DNA of 51,850 nt, the filler included, from Sphacelaria rigidula (lineage: Eukaryota), in NCBI GenBank assembly GCA_964200075.2. It is 4 parts of 4 records of this genome, joined end to end, with 100 filler letters (N's around TTAATTAATTAA, not from the genome) between each part and the next. Parts side by side here need not be neighbours in the genome. Positions count along the whole stretch, not along the records: positions 25,977 to 38,863 come from CAXNAA020003334.1; positions 38,964 to 51,850 come from CAXNAA020003335.1; 2 more parts are not named here. One strand, written 5' to 3'. Each line of letters opens with the position of its first letter. Position 1 is the first letter of the stretch. The position numbers and the translations under genes were made by a program. Below the pieces are notes generated by a model, which was given only the letters and a program-made list of their open reading frames with translations, was not told the DNA's origin and searched no databases. Shown piece by piece: positions 38,470 through 51,639 of this stretch.

Positions 38470-38863
38470 GTTAGGCGGAGGGGGGTGGGGGACGTAGACC
38501 TGCAAGAAAAAAGGAAGAAATATACCAGTAGTCGAAAGGAGGAGGAAGTAGATGGACAGAACAGCCTCTGTGGCAAAATAACAGAAAGAGGAAGTCACAC
38601 AGCGGCAGACTGTGAACTATACAAGGAGGAACGGGACGTGCTAGAGGGGGAAATGCGGGACGTAAACAAAGGTGGCATGAAATCGTTTGATGCGTTAGAC
38701 AGTATGGAGAAAACGATGGCTATTCTAGGAGATAGATGGTGGCTCCAGACGGCGAAACAGGACGGGGATGAGATATGTAAGAGGTTCTTGTGCAATGTAT
38801 GGAAGAAACGTAATGAACGCCAAAATGTTCGCGGTGTCTCTATTAGGAGTAGGACCGGTGCTC
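38470..38863 (+). mobile_element. Non-LTR retrotransposon ORF2 C-terminal remnant (degenerate Cys/His region)
   Basis: VGDVDLQEKRKKYTSSR...LCGK...SHTAADCELYKEERDVLE...AILGDRWW...FLCNVWKKRNE resembles the LINE C-terminal H...C..Y..ER...W..RN pattern; cut by the contig end. Confidence 0.7.
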
Positions 38864-38963
38864 NNNNNNNNNNNNNNNNNNNNNNNNNNNNNNNNNNNNN
38901 NNNNNNNTTAATTAATTAANNNNNNNNNNNNNNNNNNNNNNNNNNNNNNNNNNNNNNNNNNNN
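38864..38963. other. Artificial contig spacer N44-TTAATTAATTAA-N44
   Basis: Identical to the other two spacers. Confidence 0.97.
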
Positions 38964-39031
38964 ATCACGAGTCAACTTATGATACTAAAACCAAGTAATT
39001 TCCTCACGAATCATTATTTGTTCCAACCGTG
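38964..39031. mobile_element. 3' end of a MITE of the 18639-18893 family
   Basis: atactaaaaccaagtaatttcctcacgaatcattatttgttccaaccgtg matches the right end of 18639-18893. Confidence 0.6.
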
Positions 39032-40307
39032 AACCTTTTGGCAGTCAGGGCGATTACTCCGTAAAAATCTGCATTATCGCTACTCGAACCAAACCAATCT
39101 AAGACTCCGATAGACGACCCACCTTGACGGTCAAGCGGTTAAACGCAGCAATGCAGTATCTACAGCAGGGAAACGGGTAACGGGGTGCCAGTACCGCACG
39201 AGGGGTCAGCTGCCGGGGTGGATACCCGTGGTAGCCGTGGATATGCCCCTAGAACATTCCCATCTCCACTGCCGCACCGCTGCGGTTGTCAAACAAGTAC
39301 ATCTTGAAAACCGGTTAGGCCGGGGTCGACGGAGTTAACATGGAGGCAGAGACGAGTTTTTTTTTCCTTCGGAAGAGTAGTGTCTGACTCACCGAGAGCG
39401 CGAGGACGCTCGTATCCAATAAAAAAAAATAACGAGACACAACGCAGAGCAGGAGTGCTGGTACAATCTTAGGCACCGAAATGCCAGGAGGAATGCCCCA
39501 GGGAAGAAATGAGACTGATCCTCCAAGACTTTACGGATATGTTCCGAGGAAGGAGAGGGGTCGAAGTCATGACGGTGAAAATAAAAAAGGCAGCCCGCCG
39601 ATTAGCATTTCGACGCGAACACGGGGGGCTCAGGAGCCAGCTCTGTTTTTCTACACAAGTACTGCCACGCGAAACAGAACGGCGAGGGCGTCCATCGAGC
39701 GAATATTGAAAAAGAAGGAAGGAGGAAAAAGACAAACTGCAGCGCGTTGATAATCGTGCAATTATTGCCATAAGAGAATAGATTTAGTCGACCACACCAA
39801 GACAGTATCCAACGACAACGGACAGAGGCAAAATCAAGTTCTACCCTTCCTGCGAGGCTGCAACGCACCCACACCCGCACGCACGCACGCACACTCAAAA
39901 CACAAGAAAATGAAAGTACGTCCGTCCAAGTAGAGAGCTACAATACCGGAAATACAACACAAGTAGTGACTTTCTGATATGAGAGAGGGAAAAGGTCAAG
40001 AAAACCTCTTCGCCTCTGAACTCCGGGATGAGGCAGGACCAAAATTCAAATTGATACCTGTGGGACGTTTGAGTCCAACCTTCATCCTGTTCCTTCGGAA
40101 CAGTCCACGAACGACCGTCCGTCGAGTTCCACTTGCCAAGAAACAATCGACGCCTAACTCTCACCTAACATGGCCAACGATGCCCTACAGCTCTAGGCCA
40201 AAATACTCTATGTATGGTGCGGGCTCCACTCTGGCCTCTGCTCTAGTGTAACCTATCCTCACCGCTAAAGGTGAGAAGGAACGAACGATCAACAACTACC
40301 GAAATAG

Positions 40308-40342
40308 ACATACACACACATACACACACACACACACACACA
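40308..40342. repeat. (CA)n microsatellite
   Basis: Directly visible. Confidence 0.9.
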
Positions 40343-41856
40343 AGCGCAACACGCCGTACGCCTCGCGCCAGAGTACAGTGGAACCAACATTATCCGCTCT
40401 CCACAGAAGCCTAATTTTTTAGTCGATTAAAGAAAATCGGGAAATGGGGAAGAAAAAAAAGTAAAATGATGCACAACCCACCCAACCAACGTTGCTCTCT
40501 AGTTGATGATGTTACTGCCACACGCCGAGATGTGACTACATGCCTGCGCTCTTCTCCCCCAACATCTGCCGCTTCTTGGCAGCTACAACACATGAAGTCT
40601 CAAGCACGTTTTCAAGCGGCCCCGCCGCAGTACATGCATATCTGTTTCACCGACGACGCTTTTTACCGCTGCGACATCAAGACCATAGCATACACCTTGT
40701 ATTTTCCGTGTACCCCCTAAGGGTTCTCTCCGTGTCATATTCCATCACCACACATATCCGTCAAAGGATAAACTTGGCCAAGTACATCGCTACCAAATCA
40801 CGGTAAACAGCGGTCACCGCCGCCGCAAAAGGGACGAGGGGACGGGGCTTATGCGATCATTCTCAGCTTTAACCCATCCCCAAACATGTGGGCTACACTT
40901 TGGATCTTTGAGTGGAACGGGAGGGAAGTCTATTGGTGCTTTAAAGCTCTTGTCAACAGCAAAAAAGAAGAAGTCGAAACGTAGGTATGAGCCACTGATC
41001 GCTCGATTAGACAAATCTTCAAAGTGCCCCAGAGCCAAATCGTCAGTAACCCTCCATCCTTGGCGTTACAGAGCTAGGTCTGGAAATATCCGTATTTCCT
41101 TCGACTTGCGAAACCGACAAACAGCAACAAAATAAAAAGCGCTCGTGCTCGGAAGGTAAAAAAAAGAAGAAGTAACAGCATTTCATTTCGTCTACAAACT
41201 ACCGGCCCCTGCCAACTGCATAGCTAGCTATCCACAATCTCGATATCGCCAATGTTTGCGAGGCGGGTTAAAAACAAAAAAGCACCATGTTTCCGCGCCA
41301 CCCATGACAGGGACAAAAACCAGCCCCCTGTTTGTGTAGGACGCCCTGCCTAGCGCTCGAGCCAACACGAATTCGAACACTCGGCACACAATAGACCGTA
41401 CCACCCTAACACGAGATGCAACAAATAAAATCTGCTCTCGTACATGCTGACAAAAAAATATGTTACCGGTCTGCGTTCCTCACGTGGCAGACATACCAAG
41501 GTGCGTGGCAGTCGGCTTGCTCTCCTCCGGTGCCACCCGTCCCAACTCCCGCCGCTCATGTACCCCAGCCGGTATCCCTCCAGCTTCATCAACACAAGAT
41601 CGACAAGAGCTTTTTGACCATCACCCCCTGCCTACCACGCGAGCCCAGCCATCACTCACCACCACTCCCAACAACAACAAGGCTCCTAGTTGTTCCCGCC
41701 TCCAACACACCTCCCCCACCCAGCCACTTTAGCAGCCACCCGGCAACACCATCATCTCCTTCCGCCGCCCTCGCCGACAAGTAAGCAGTCTACAGACACC
41801 ACCAATATTCCTCTTTTTCAACTACCGCAAAAGCCAGTAATAACGCAGGAAGCGCT

Positions 41857-44800
41857 TCACCCTGAAGAATCACCCCCACCGGCCGCCGCCGCCGCCGCCG
41901 CCCCCTCCGCCTCCTTCCCGTCTGCTCCATCGCTGACTACACCGGGCCTCAACCCTAGCACAGACCGCACATCCTGACACGAAGTGAGCGCGAGTAGCAC
42001 CGGCAAAAGATCCAACAACTGCTTGTCCTCCAGGTCCTTGGGAAACCACGAGCGAATGGGAAGGACGTTTGCCTGCTGCAACACCGAGCGGGGTTGATTG
42101 TCGACGAGCACGGTGCGCAGCGGAAAGTGCTCCGAATTCATCACCGACAAATCTTTCACCGTTTCGGACCCCGCCATGGACTTGACACCACTCCCACTGC
42201 CACTACCTGAAGGTGTGGTTACAGACGTCGCAGGTGAGAAGCCTCGCGCTCCAAGATACTCCACACCCTCGCGGCTTAAGCTCCCGCGACTACCACCGCT
42301 GCTGCCGCCGCCGCCGCCGCCGCCGCTAGTAATGAGGTTTCGGGGTGTCACGGGTATGTTGCTCCCAGGCGATTCGGCCCTGTCGGCGCTCCCGCTGCCG
42401 CCTCTGCTGTCCAAAGACCTTGCACCCCCGTCCCGCACGGTGCAACTATCGCGGTAAAACCGCTTGCCGATAACGAGACGTGAATCAATCAGGTCTAAGA
42501 GGGGCTGAGTTTGAGTAATGGAGCACAAGTTTTGGAAGGAAAACGGCAACAGCGAGACGGGGGGACACGAGGTGCACGGGGAAATGGCGCCACGGCGTCA
42601 AAATGGTCACACAGTACTGAATGATCACTTGCAACACACCCTAATTGTACTATAAAGTTCCTCTGTTTTCCACGTCGGTGGTGAACCAATCACATCGGCA
42701 TAGGACGTACCGACCAAGCTCCGAGGGGCCTAACCTACCAGTCACTCAGCACAGACACTTGTGCAATGCCGCATAGTGTCGCCAACCCCACGAACACACA
42801 AGGCAGGATGCACTCGACACTTTCTATGATATCCCCTTCCCAATAAAGTGGCTGGTTTGGGGAGGCAAGATCTACTCGTAAATCGAAATGAAAGAAGCCG
42901 AGCACAACGAGCAGCTGGGAATTCCCACGCTTCGGTTCGTTCTCGCCAATGTCACCCACACGAGGCGCTCCATGCAGCCTGAAACCAAACATCAGGCGCT
43001 GTATGAACTTTCGTGACGGTTTTGGGCTAGTATTTGGGGGGGGCTACGAGCTGGGCCAGCCTAGAAGCGGATTTGTAGTTTGCAGGCGAATTCGCTATTT
43101 TTTACATAAATTTGAACACTGAAAATTGGTATGGACAATCAACGGGGCATGAAAAAAAACTCATGCCGGGCCCCAATTTTGTTTTTGGTGATTCAACGGC
43201 ATTTTACTAAAACCTAGAAACTGATTATTGCCCTCAACTCATTCAAAAAATCTTTGGGAGCCAGCATATATTTTTTTATGCCCTGCTGCTTGTCCAGGCC
43301 AAATTTAGGGCATCTAGTGCCTCTGCTCGTAATATATTAATTTTAGTACGGAACAATATATGCGCCATATCTCGAGATATATTACAAATGAGGTGAAGGT
43401 GAGGGTATCTATCGTCTCCCCGTGCTCAAGGGAAGATCCACACCTAAAATCGTCATCATCCGCTGAATGTATCGTGCGGGGTTTCATATAGATTTTAGTG
43501 TGGACGCTATCTCCCTACGGTATAGGAGTTACCAGACATGGGGCTTAATCAACGAGAAAATATTGGCCCAGATTTTTTAGCAGATGGGCACCTTTCCCTT
43601 GATTGGACGATTAATACGATATGCGAATCACGGCCCAACTTGTCTGTGTAGACGATATTGCTTTGAGAGCTTAAATCCGTTTTTAAGCTGGCCCAGCTCG
43701 TATCGCATAAAGTGTCACTTGCCCATGCTACATAAGTTGAATACGCCGACGGAAACGACGAACCGCAAGTGCTCCCCCTCCTGAGAAGTACCGCCGCAAA
43801 AATCCATGCCGCCCTCGGATCACTTTGCATGGGACCAAGGACACAAAGCAGACCAAAACTAGACACCCTCCGGTAGTGCTTTTCGCATTGTGAAAAGACG
43901 GCCACGCGGATCTCGTCACCTCGGAATGATTTGCTCAACACTCTGAGAGGATACCGACGAACGTAGGCGATCTTTGGTGCGCGCAGTTAAACTTTGCGTC
44001 GGGACTTTTTTGTTGTTGCAAAATCACGAGAAATCTCCCCAATTCACAAAAAAGTGCATGGCCAGTTTGCATGCGCTTCTGTGAATCGGAAAGACTTTCG
44101 TGCAGGTTTGCACGTTTTCTTCTTTGGCCGAAAATCAAACTGAACGCACCAGATATTACAAAATGGGCCAGGATTCTGTCAGAGTAGAGCGGAACATTCC
44201 GAGGTAGTATAATTCGCCTGGCCTTCTTTTCACGGGAGAAATGCTGCCGAAGGCGAAGGGCAAAACATCCAACCTTGGTTTCGTTTTGTTGTATCTTTGC
44301 TCCACGGTAAGTGGTGTTAGCTCAACAACATATTGTAGAACCGCACGAATCTACTCTACGCTGCAACGGAGTGAAGCAAAAACATGGTCGTAAGTCAGAC
44401 GGTATCCCGTGCACAACTTCATCGTGTAGCTGCTGCTGTTAATACCGCCACAGCAGTATGTGCAGCAGAGGGCCACCACCTACTGAGGTTCTATCGCTCG
44501 GAAGCTTTGCGGTGGTCATCAGTGGCGACGGTAGGCTGCGCCAAGCAGCAATCTTGGGCAGGCAATCTTCTGGAGGAAGTGTTATCTTGCAAAGCGACAA
44601 TCGCTCGGGCAGATCTGGGTTGAGAATGGCCCAGGTTTCAAGTCGCCATCATCTATACGTACCCAAACAAATAAGCGTGAAATGGTGAGTGTGCCTAATG
44701 ACTCTTGCCAAAGTACACACGAATGCCATGGAAGAGTAACATCAGTTATACACGTGCAATTCGCAGGAGGGTCGTACTGGCGTACAATTTTTCATGAAAA

Positions 44801-47622
44801 TTGCGTGACAGTCGCCATCGACCGCTAACGAGCACTTACAAGCATGACTTTTCGACGTCGGGCATTATTGAATGCTAGGCAGCTGTAGTTCCTGAAGGAT
44901 TAAGACAGCACAGTGCCGGGTGCAAGAACAACGTAACCTGGCGTTCAGAATAACTTGATTGCGCCGGAAACGTTGACTACACGATCTCACGCAATCGACA
45001 CGATAGCGGTTTCTCTCACGAATCCTTTCTTGTCTGCTACACGAAGCATACACAGACACGAGACAGAAATTAGCATACTTTCTCTTCCAATAATCTCCCA
45101 AACATAGACCGCACCCCCACCCCTCCAAACTTCCAGTCCCGCCCTCACCTCAGCGTAACACCGTCGCCCAGACGTGAAAACCGCGATCTCGTACCAGCGG
45201 CTTACTACCCCCAGAAAAACATCCAAGTGCGGTCGCTTCCACGCGTACATACAAGCCGGCCTGTCCGACGGCGCCCCGCCTCGCATCTCCACCTTCAAGT
45301 CCGGACGCACGTGTCGGACACTGCCGTCGCTGCGCGGTCGACGGGTCGCCGGGTAAAGCGGATACGGACTGCAATGAACCAGCGTTTCGTCCAGGTCCAA
45401 CACTAACAAAAACTTCGGTGAGCGGGACCGAGAGCCGCGCACACCGCTAGGATCCGTCAGGGGCCTGAACCCCCACAAATTAAGGAAATGCAATCCCAGT
45501 TTCCGGCGAGGTTCGATGGCAGATTCGCCCCGGGCATAGGCATCCTGTGCCGAAGACCCCGGCCCCTCCGACCCACCCCCCGTGCTCAGATCCTGCTGCC
45601 CTGCATTGCGGCTCCCGCGGCGGCGGCGGCGGCGACGACGATCCGACGAGGTGCTGACACCGACGGTAACACTACCGTGACCGTGCACCGCGCGGCAACG
45701 GAAGCGCGGGGGCGAGGCCAGGGCCTCGGCGAGCACATCAGCCTCCGCGTGCGGCGGTGGTACCCAGAGAGCGCCCCAGGCCTGGCGAAGGGATGCGAGC
45801 GCCTGTCCAGCCGCGCGCCAGTGAGTGGCCAGTTCTTTTTCAGCGGCGTGCCACAGCTTCGACCACGCCGCTCGCAGGCGACGCAGCAACGGCGGTCGTG
45901 ACGCGGGGAATCCAGCACCGCTGCCGGATTTCCGCCGCTTCGCGCCGTCGTTCGAGGAACGGCGGGTCGAGTCCGTGCGAAAGGCGGCGCCGCGAGTCCC
46001 GGACGACCGCCTCCTGGAAGACGAACCACTGCTTTCTGTACCGGGGCCGCTGCCGGAACTACCGCCGATGCTGACGTTGGACCTACTGGGTACCCCGCCG
46101 TCGCCAGCCTTGTGAACTGCTACCAGAACGAACACAGCACAGGCGAGAATCATGTGCAGCGCTTGGGAGTATGGGGAGGCTGGGCTCACCATAAGGTTTT
46201 GCGAGAGCGATAGCGGGTCACAACCACCCAAGTGGCCATCGTTGCCGCCGCCGTGATTGCCGCACCCTGGGTCTAGAACTCGATGAATGTCGGGGCTATT
46301 TCCTGGCTCGCCTGCTGCTGTTGATCCGCCAAGCTCTAGACCCCCATCTGCGAAGTTGAAGGCCGCGTCGGTGCCCACGCTGCTATCACTGGCTGAACCA
46401 CTCCCTCTCCGCCGGCCGCCACCGTTGCGGCCCTTGCGTCCCTTCTTCTCGCCGGTACCAATAAAATCATCTTCTACTCCTACGGCTATCGACTCCGGGC
46501 GCCCGAACCGCGCGGGCATGGCCGGGAAGACGAAAGGTGTGGGTGCACCAGCATCGGCAATGGAATCACTCATCCCCGCTGATGCTTCCCCCCCCGGTGC
46601 TACCTCTGACGCCCCACCCCGACCCCCACCGCAGCCTACCCCTCCCATGTTGCCTGCTGCGTGGCAGGCCGGAGGTGAACGAGGCGATGTCAGGATCGTT
46701 GTTGTGGCATCACCACCCGTAGAGCCCCCACTTTCTTTCTTCAAGGAGATGGCGTTTGAAGGATCGTCGGACCCATCCTTCAACGAATCTTCGCCGCTTC
46801 TTGCTACTGTGGAGGTAGGGGTGAAGACCTGAGATCTAGATGGGGGAAGACGCGGGGTATCTGCAGATGAGGAAGAATGCGAGGCATCTGCTTGTGTGCC
46901 TCCTTCGTTGCCGTGCCGTGATCTTTGTCGAGGCCGTGTGTTCCTGACTCCACCCGCCTCCGTCGACCCCGATCTCCCGTCATCTGCTACTGCCGACAAA
47001 TCTGGTTTGAGCTCAATTCGAGACTCCGCCGCACTAAATGAGCCATTTCCGTCTCCACCACCATTTGCATCGCTGGACGGCGAAGAGGGGAGGTCTTGCC
47101 CACTTGAAGAATGGGCGACTTCATGATGGTGTGCCGTCGCCGCTGTTTCTGCCCGCCGTGCTCTGCTTCCATTGGGCTCATCTCGGTAATTTTGGCCGGA
47201 AGACTCGGCGTCATTTCTGTCTTGATCACTACTGTCTCCTCCTCCTTTGCTCTTTCCTTCACCATCATCGGCAGGAGCGTGTACAGATCCGCTCCCGCCG
47301 ATCAATCCCTCCTCCTCCCCCTTAGCGTACTGATCGTGACTTTTCCGTGACAGCGCCTCCGAGGGCGCCGTGTCGTCAAGCCCACGATCGCCGTTGTCAT
47401 CGCTCTCGATGTCATCCCGAAAACCCGCGTTATTCCTGCCCGGGATTACAGTGTCTTCTGTCGCCGGAGCACCCCGGCCAGGTGGTTGGAAGTGCGAAAG
47501 TTTATCACCCTCCCGCATGGCGGGCACTTGCTCTTCCGCCACGCCCTCTGCATCTGCAGCAGCGCCGAATCTATCATTCAGTGTCATGCGCTGCACTTGC
47601 AGCACGGCCTTCTTGCTGCGGT
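41857..47622 (-). CDS. FCP1/SCP-family (NIF domain) HAD phosphatase, CTDNEP1/Nem1-like; exons 47622-45149 and 42504-41857 (~1028 aa from ATG 47587)
   Basis: LLVLDLDETLVHCS (DxDxT), KRPHLDVFL...WYEIAVFTSG..YAE | PLLDLID...KRFYRDSC...VKDLS...VLVDNQP...PIRSWF...LLDLLPVLLAL..QDVRSVL. Phase-0 splice GAG|gtgagg...actcag|CCC. The true start may lie in an upstream exon. Confidence 0.88.
42865..43045 (-). repeat. Interspersed repeat in the phosphatase intron, homologous (inverted) to 51640-51808
   Basis: The reverse complement shares aaaccgtcacgaa, ggtttcagg and gcgtggga.ttccca.ctgctcg with 51640-51808. Confidence 0.65.
43117..43311. mobile_element. Small MITE with ~40-bp imperfect TIRs
   Basis: tggacaatcaacggggcatgaaaaaa vs reverse complement tggacaagcagcagggcataaaaaaa. 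Confidence 0.55.
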
Positions 47623-48420
47623 CTGAGTGTTGATAGTGTTTTTTAACCTACTAGACTTTGCAGACAGTCTAGTCTAAAGGCCTCTCTCTCGCTCTCGCTG
47701 GGTCTGTTTCGTTTCAAAGCATGATGAAGGCAGGACGCAGCACTTTTGAGGATCCTACCGCTGGAAATTACGTTAGGGCGCTGAACATAGGCCCACTCGA
47801 TGCGCGAACCCCCTCCTGCAATCTCTCCAACAAATTGGGCGTTGCCACAACGGTGCCAGCTGTAGTGGTGCACTAAACCACAGCAAGACGCTGAACAACT
47901 ATTTGTCTTGGAATATGGCAATAGGAGGATGCTTGTCTTTGTTCCGAAACGTTAAACGTTACAGGCAACTGTAGTACCGTACATACCGAAGGTATATAAC
48001 ACCCCCTACCTACCGGCTGACCTTGAAGAGTTGTAACCACTATTCTTGAGAAAGTAGGACGTGAAGAGTGTTGCACTCATTCGACAATCAAATTCCATAG
48101 CATGCACTGAATATTTTTCTCCACTTTTGAGGACAATTGTGGATGGTAAGCGAGTTATCGGTGGAGTCACAACTCCGCCATCTTCGGACAGCAGTAGAGT
48201 ACAGGATGTACAGGCAGTACAGGATTCGTTGAACTACAGCTAAAATACTGTACTAGTGAGACAGGCAGTACAGCGTATACAGTACATTGACCGAGCAAGG
48301 TCGTCGGTTCTCGGCCGAGGGCACATGGAGAAAGGATGGGGGTCTTGCAAGGGAGGGCAGGAATAGCTCACTCCTGATGTCAGAGCATTGGTATCTGTTT
48401 CGCCTGTGTCTCGTGTGCAG

Positions 48421-49781
48421 CAGTGCCCTACGATAAGGAGCTGAGGACACTGGAACGAGCTCACCGCACAATAAAACTCAACATGAAGGGTACCAAAAGA
48501 TATGCTTCCGGATCGGAAGACGATTACTTCGAACCGGACGAAGAGGAGCTGCAAGAGGAGCGTAAGTACATGTTCTGTACATTGCGATCTTTGTTCAAAG
48601 TAGTATACGATAGAGAAGCATACTATTTTCAAGTGACTAGGCTCACTGATTAAGATTCTGGGGTGATTTCGCTGGGTCGATGCTGTAGATCCAGTTATGG
48701 TGTACATACACTTGGACATGTTTGCAGTATACATGCCAGGTCACGGCTTTGACCCAAAAGTCTCTCATGAAAAAACACCTTTCGTGATACCTGTTAAATA
48801 GTCGCACACAGTACACGGTATGATACCGACCGCCATGGACAACTGAAGAGGGTGTTATAGCGGGATTTATGTTCAAGGCCAAAGAGGTGGCGCTAAGGGC
48901 GAGAAGATACCTACTCAACCAATCAGCGCCCTTCAAATTGTTCTGAGATATAGATTCCCAGCACCCAGCACACTTTCTACTCAATCTCCGAATGCTTCAA
49001 ATCGTGATAAGCGCCATCATCTCAGGAACCTCACGGGAAAAACATATTTACAAATGTTACTAAGGGATCGAATTTTCTCTGACACCGTGGTATGTCGGCG
49101 ATTTGGAGTTTTGACGTCGTCGGATTTCTTTTGGCGAACTGCACCAAAGACCCCAAAAGCCTCCTGACGGTTTCCTGTATTTATGCCATTAAAAAATCCC
49201 TCACTATTCACTACCCTCCAACTTGGCAGTTCGGTAGGTAATGCCGCTCCAAATAGAAAAGAGTGCATTGTTGAAAAATACGTTCCAAAGTTCCTTCGCT
49301 TTATGCCGGCTTCCGGGGATGCCGGCATGAAGAACTCCAGGAGCTGGTGAATAATGCCTCAAAATTAAAAAGTTAAAAACGTACGCGCCCTGAGTAGTCC
49401 GAGGAACATTTTTACAAAGTTCCGTTGCGTGATCTGACAACCTGATGCAATGGGATCATTCAAACGCTGAATGCACGCGAAAAGTCGTTTCGGTACTAAA
49501 ATCAAGTGGTTGAGATTTGTACCTTGCAAGCTTACTTGATTTCCACCTTGCAAGCTTACTTCATCGCACAAAGGCGCCAAAATGCTCATACCAGAGTTAA
49601 ACTATGAAGAATTGCACAAGTATACTCCGGGATACAGCGTGACGTAACCTGCAGTACAATGATGGGAAAACAAAATTGTCGAGGCTCTATTCTAGGTGAA
49701 ATAGGTGGGCGTGAGGCCGCCTTTCGCAACATTTTGTCACCGATTGACCTTCAACGCCGGCAACCCCGACGCAACAGATGA
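48421..49781 (+). CDS. Candidate 3' exons (48421-48561, 49696-49781) of a small unknown gene divergent from the phosphatase
   Basis: Polypyrimidine-CAG acceptor and C|GTAAGT donor; the phase-1 join gives VPYDKELRTLERAHRTIKLNMKG...DEEELQEEREIGGREAAFRNILSPIDLQRRQPRRNR*. No recognised domain; first exon not found. Confidence 0.4.
48732..49654. mobile_element. Non-autonomous DNA-transposon-like repeat flanked by TA, homologous to the repeat starting at 13820
   Basis: Homology to 13887-14120; imperfect short TIRs (catgccaggtcacg / cgtaacctgcag) with TA on both sides. Confidence 0.5.
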
Positions 49782-51639
49782 GGAGGTTCCCTCCGTTCGC
49801 ATATGTATCGCCCCCGGTGACAAAATACCACGTTTCTTGTGGCGAGCAAACCCTAACCCATATTCTACCATATTCCTGTATTGCCGAAACTGAAGCATGT
49901 CCTCCAAATGTTTCCAGTCCCACAAACATGCTCAGGACGTTTTGAGTGGTTTATCAAACGCCTCATCTGCGGCATATCACACCCAAAAGGTGGTCCATAA
50001 AAGTATGGCTACCAAGGCGCAGAACAACGACCCCGGGTGCGCTGTGCGGATCGCGAGAGTTATCCCCTGATGTGCGAATAGTTCACGCGATACAGAAATA
50101 TATATATATATATATATATTTTGCCCAGAAATTATGGGCTCGTTCACTCCGGAAGGAGAGAGGTAATCAATCTTTGCCAATACGTACCGCGGGTACCATC
50201 TGGGCAACAAGGTGAGAAACGCTGTGAAGCTGAATAAGAAATCACAACAGAATCGGCGTCTACACAGCATCGGACGGGATCATCGCTGAGCGTGGCACGG
50301 AATGAGAAATTCCCTCAAAGAATGTGCTTTCAAGCTGCCATGTGCTCTGGCTGCCCAACGGAGAACTGTGCTCTACCATCACTCGAACTGGCATTATAGC
50401 TTGACGGGGGGAGACTCACAAAATCACAAACGCACACCTAGTAGCGCATCACTCTCTGCAAGCGGATTGCTTCGTTGTGATTCCTGTCGACTTGGTCATC
50501 AATAGCCTATGTGGACACTTCTTTCGCGAGTAAGCATGTACATGATATACGGTTGGAATAATAGAGGTTTGGTTGATGACAGTGTACAGGTTGTGGCTCA
50601 CTCGTGTTCTAACACTACAGCTGGTTTGCGCCCTTACAATGAGTAAGTGGCTCTCGGCGCAGCATGAAGAATAATCAGTATTGATTTGTAAGCCAATTGA
50701 CCTTCTTTCTTTTCAAGGGACGGACGGACGGACGGGGGAAGGGAACATGAGGGGGAGGGAGGGGAAAAGGGGGGGGCGGAGACTGTTTCACGTTGACGCA
50801 CTAGCGCATCGAGTTTAACCAGATTCGTTCGGCTTCAACGAACGCTCCGGTGTTCATCGCTACGCCAGTATTTTTGCTGACCCGATCAATCAATAATGTG
50901 TGTTCAGGTCATTGTCTCGGATGTTTTCGCGAGCAGGCAACAATACTATGGTTTGTTGTTCCGAATTACTCAACGTACATGAAATAACTTTTGGTCGGCA
51001 CATTGGACAGCATCGAACAACAAGGCATATCATATCTACATGACTCAATTCCCGAAGCTCTCGTTTGAGCCACCAACCGGTCGAATCGGCGAAGTAGTGC
51101 AAAAGATACAGGTGCAGTGTTTTTTCTTCTTCCCGTGTCTCCTCCCCGAAAGACAGTGCCTTGTCTCACGAATACGCCATGGGTTCTGAACAGCGAGTGC
51201 TCTCTGCACACACGCGTTTGTCCCTCCAGGAATGTCGCACAGCAGTGCCGGCTGAATGAGTATTGGGGGAAGGTCTAGTTGATTAGCAACATCTGGCCAG
51301 GCAGTCACCCACCACTGGCAAATGGATCACAAATAAATCTTGGACGTCACGCATGCCACTAGCACGGTACATACATACAGTGGCAGCTATAGGTTACATA
51401 CGAAAAATAGTCCTTGGTGGAACCGATTTGAGCTTCGGTTGGTTTTGCTGCGTCAATTTTTGAGTGATGTCGTGACAGCCCCCCCCCCCCCCCCCGCCCG
51501 CTCCCCCCCCCACCCCCCCCCCCCCCCCCCCACCCGCCACCCCCCCCACCACCCCCCCCNNNNNNNNNNCAGCATTTGGTCTTTGGTTTGTTTTGTTTCG
51601 TCTATTTTTTGGTTATTGGCGTGCACCCCCCCCCCCCCC

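Noticed and set aside
47570-47605. MTLNDRF resembling the Chtop/UIF 'LNERF' motif
   Set aside because: Too short to distinguish from chance.
45488-47646. Multiple plus-strand ORFs over the phosphatase exon
   Set aside because: Antisense shadows in GC-rich low-complexity coding sequence.
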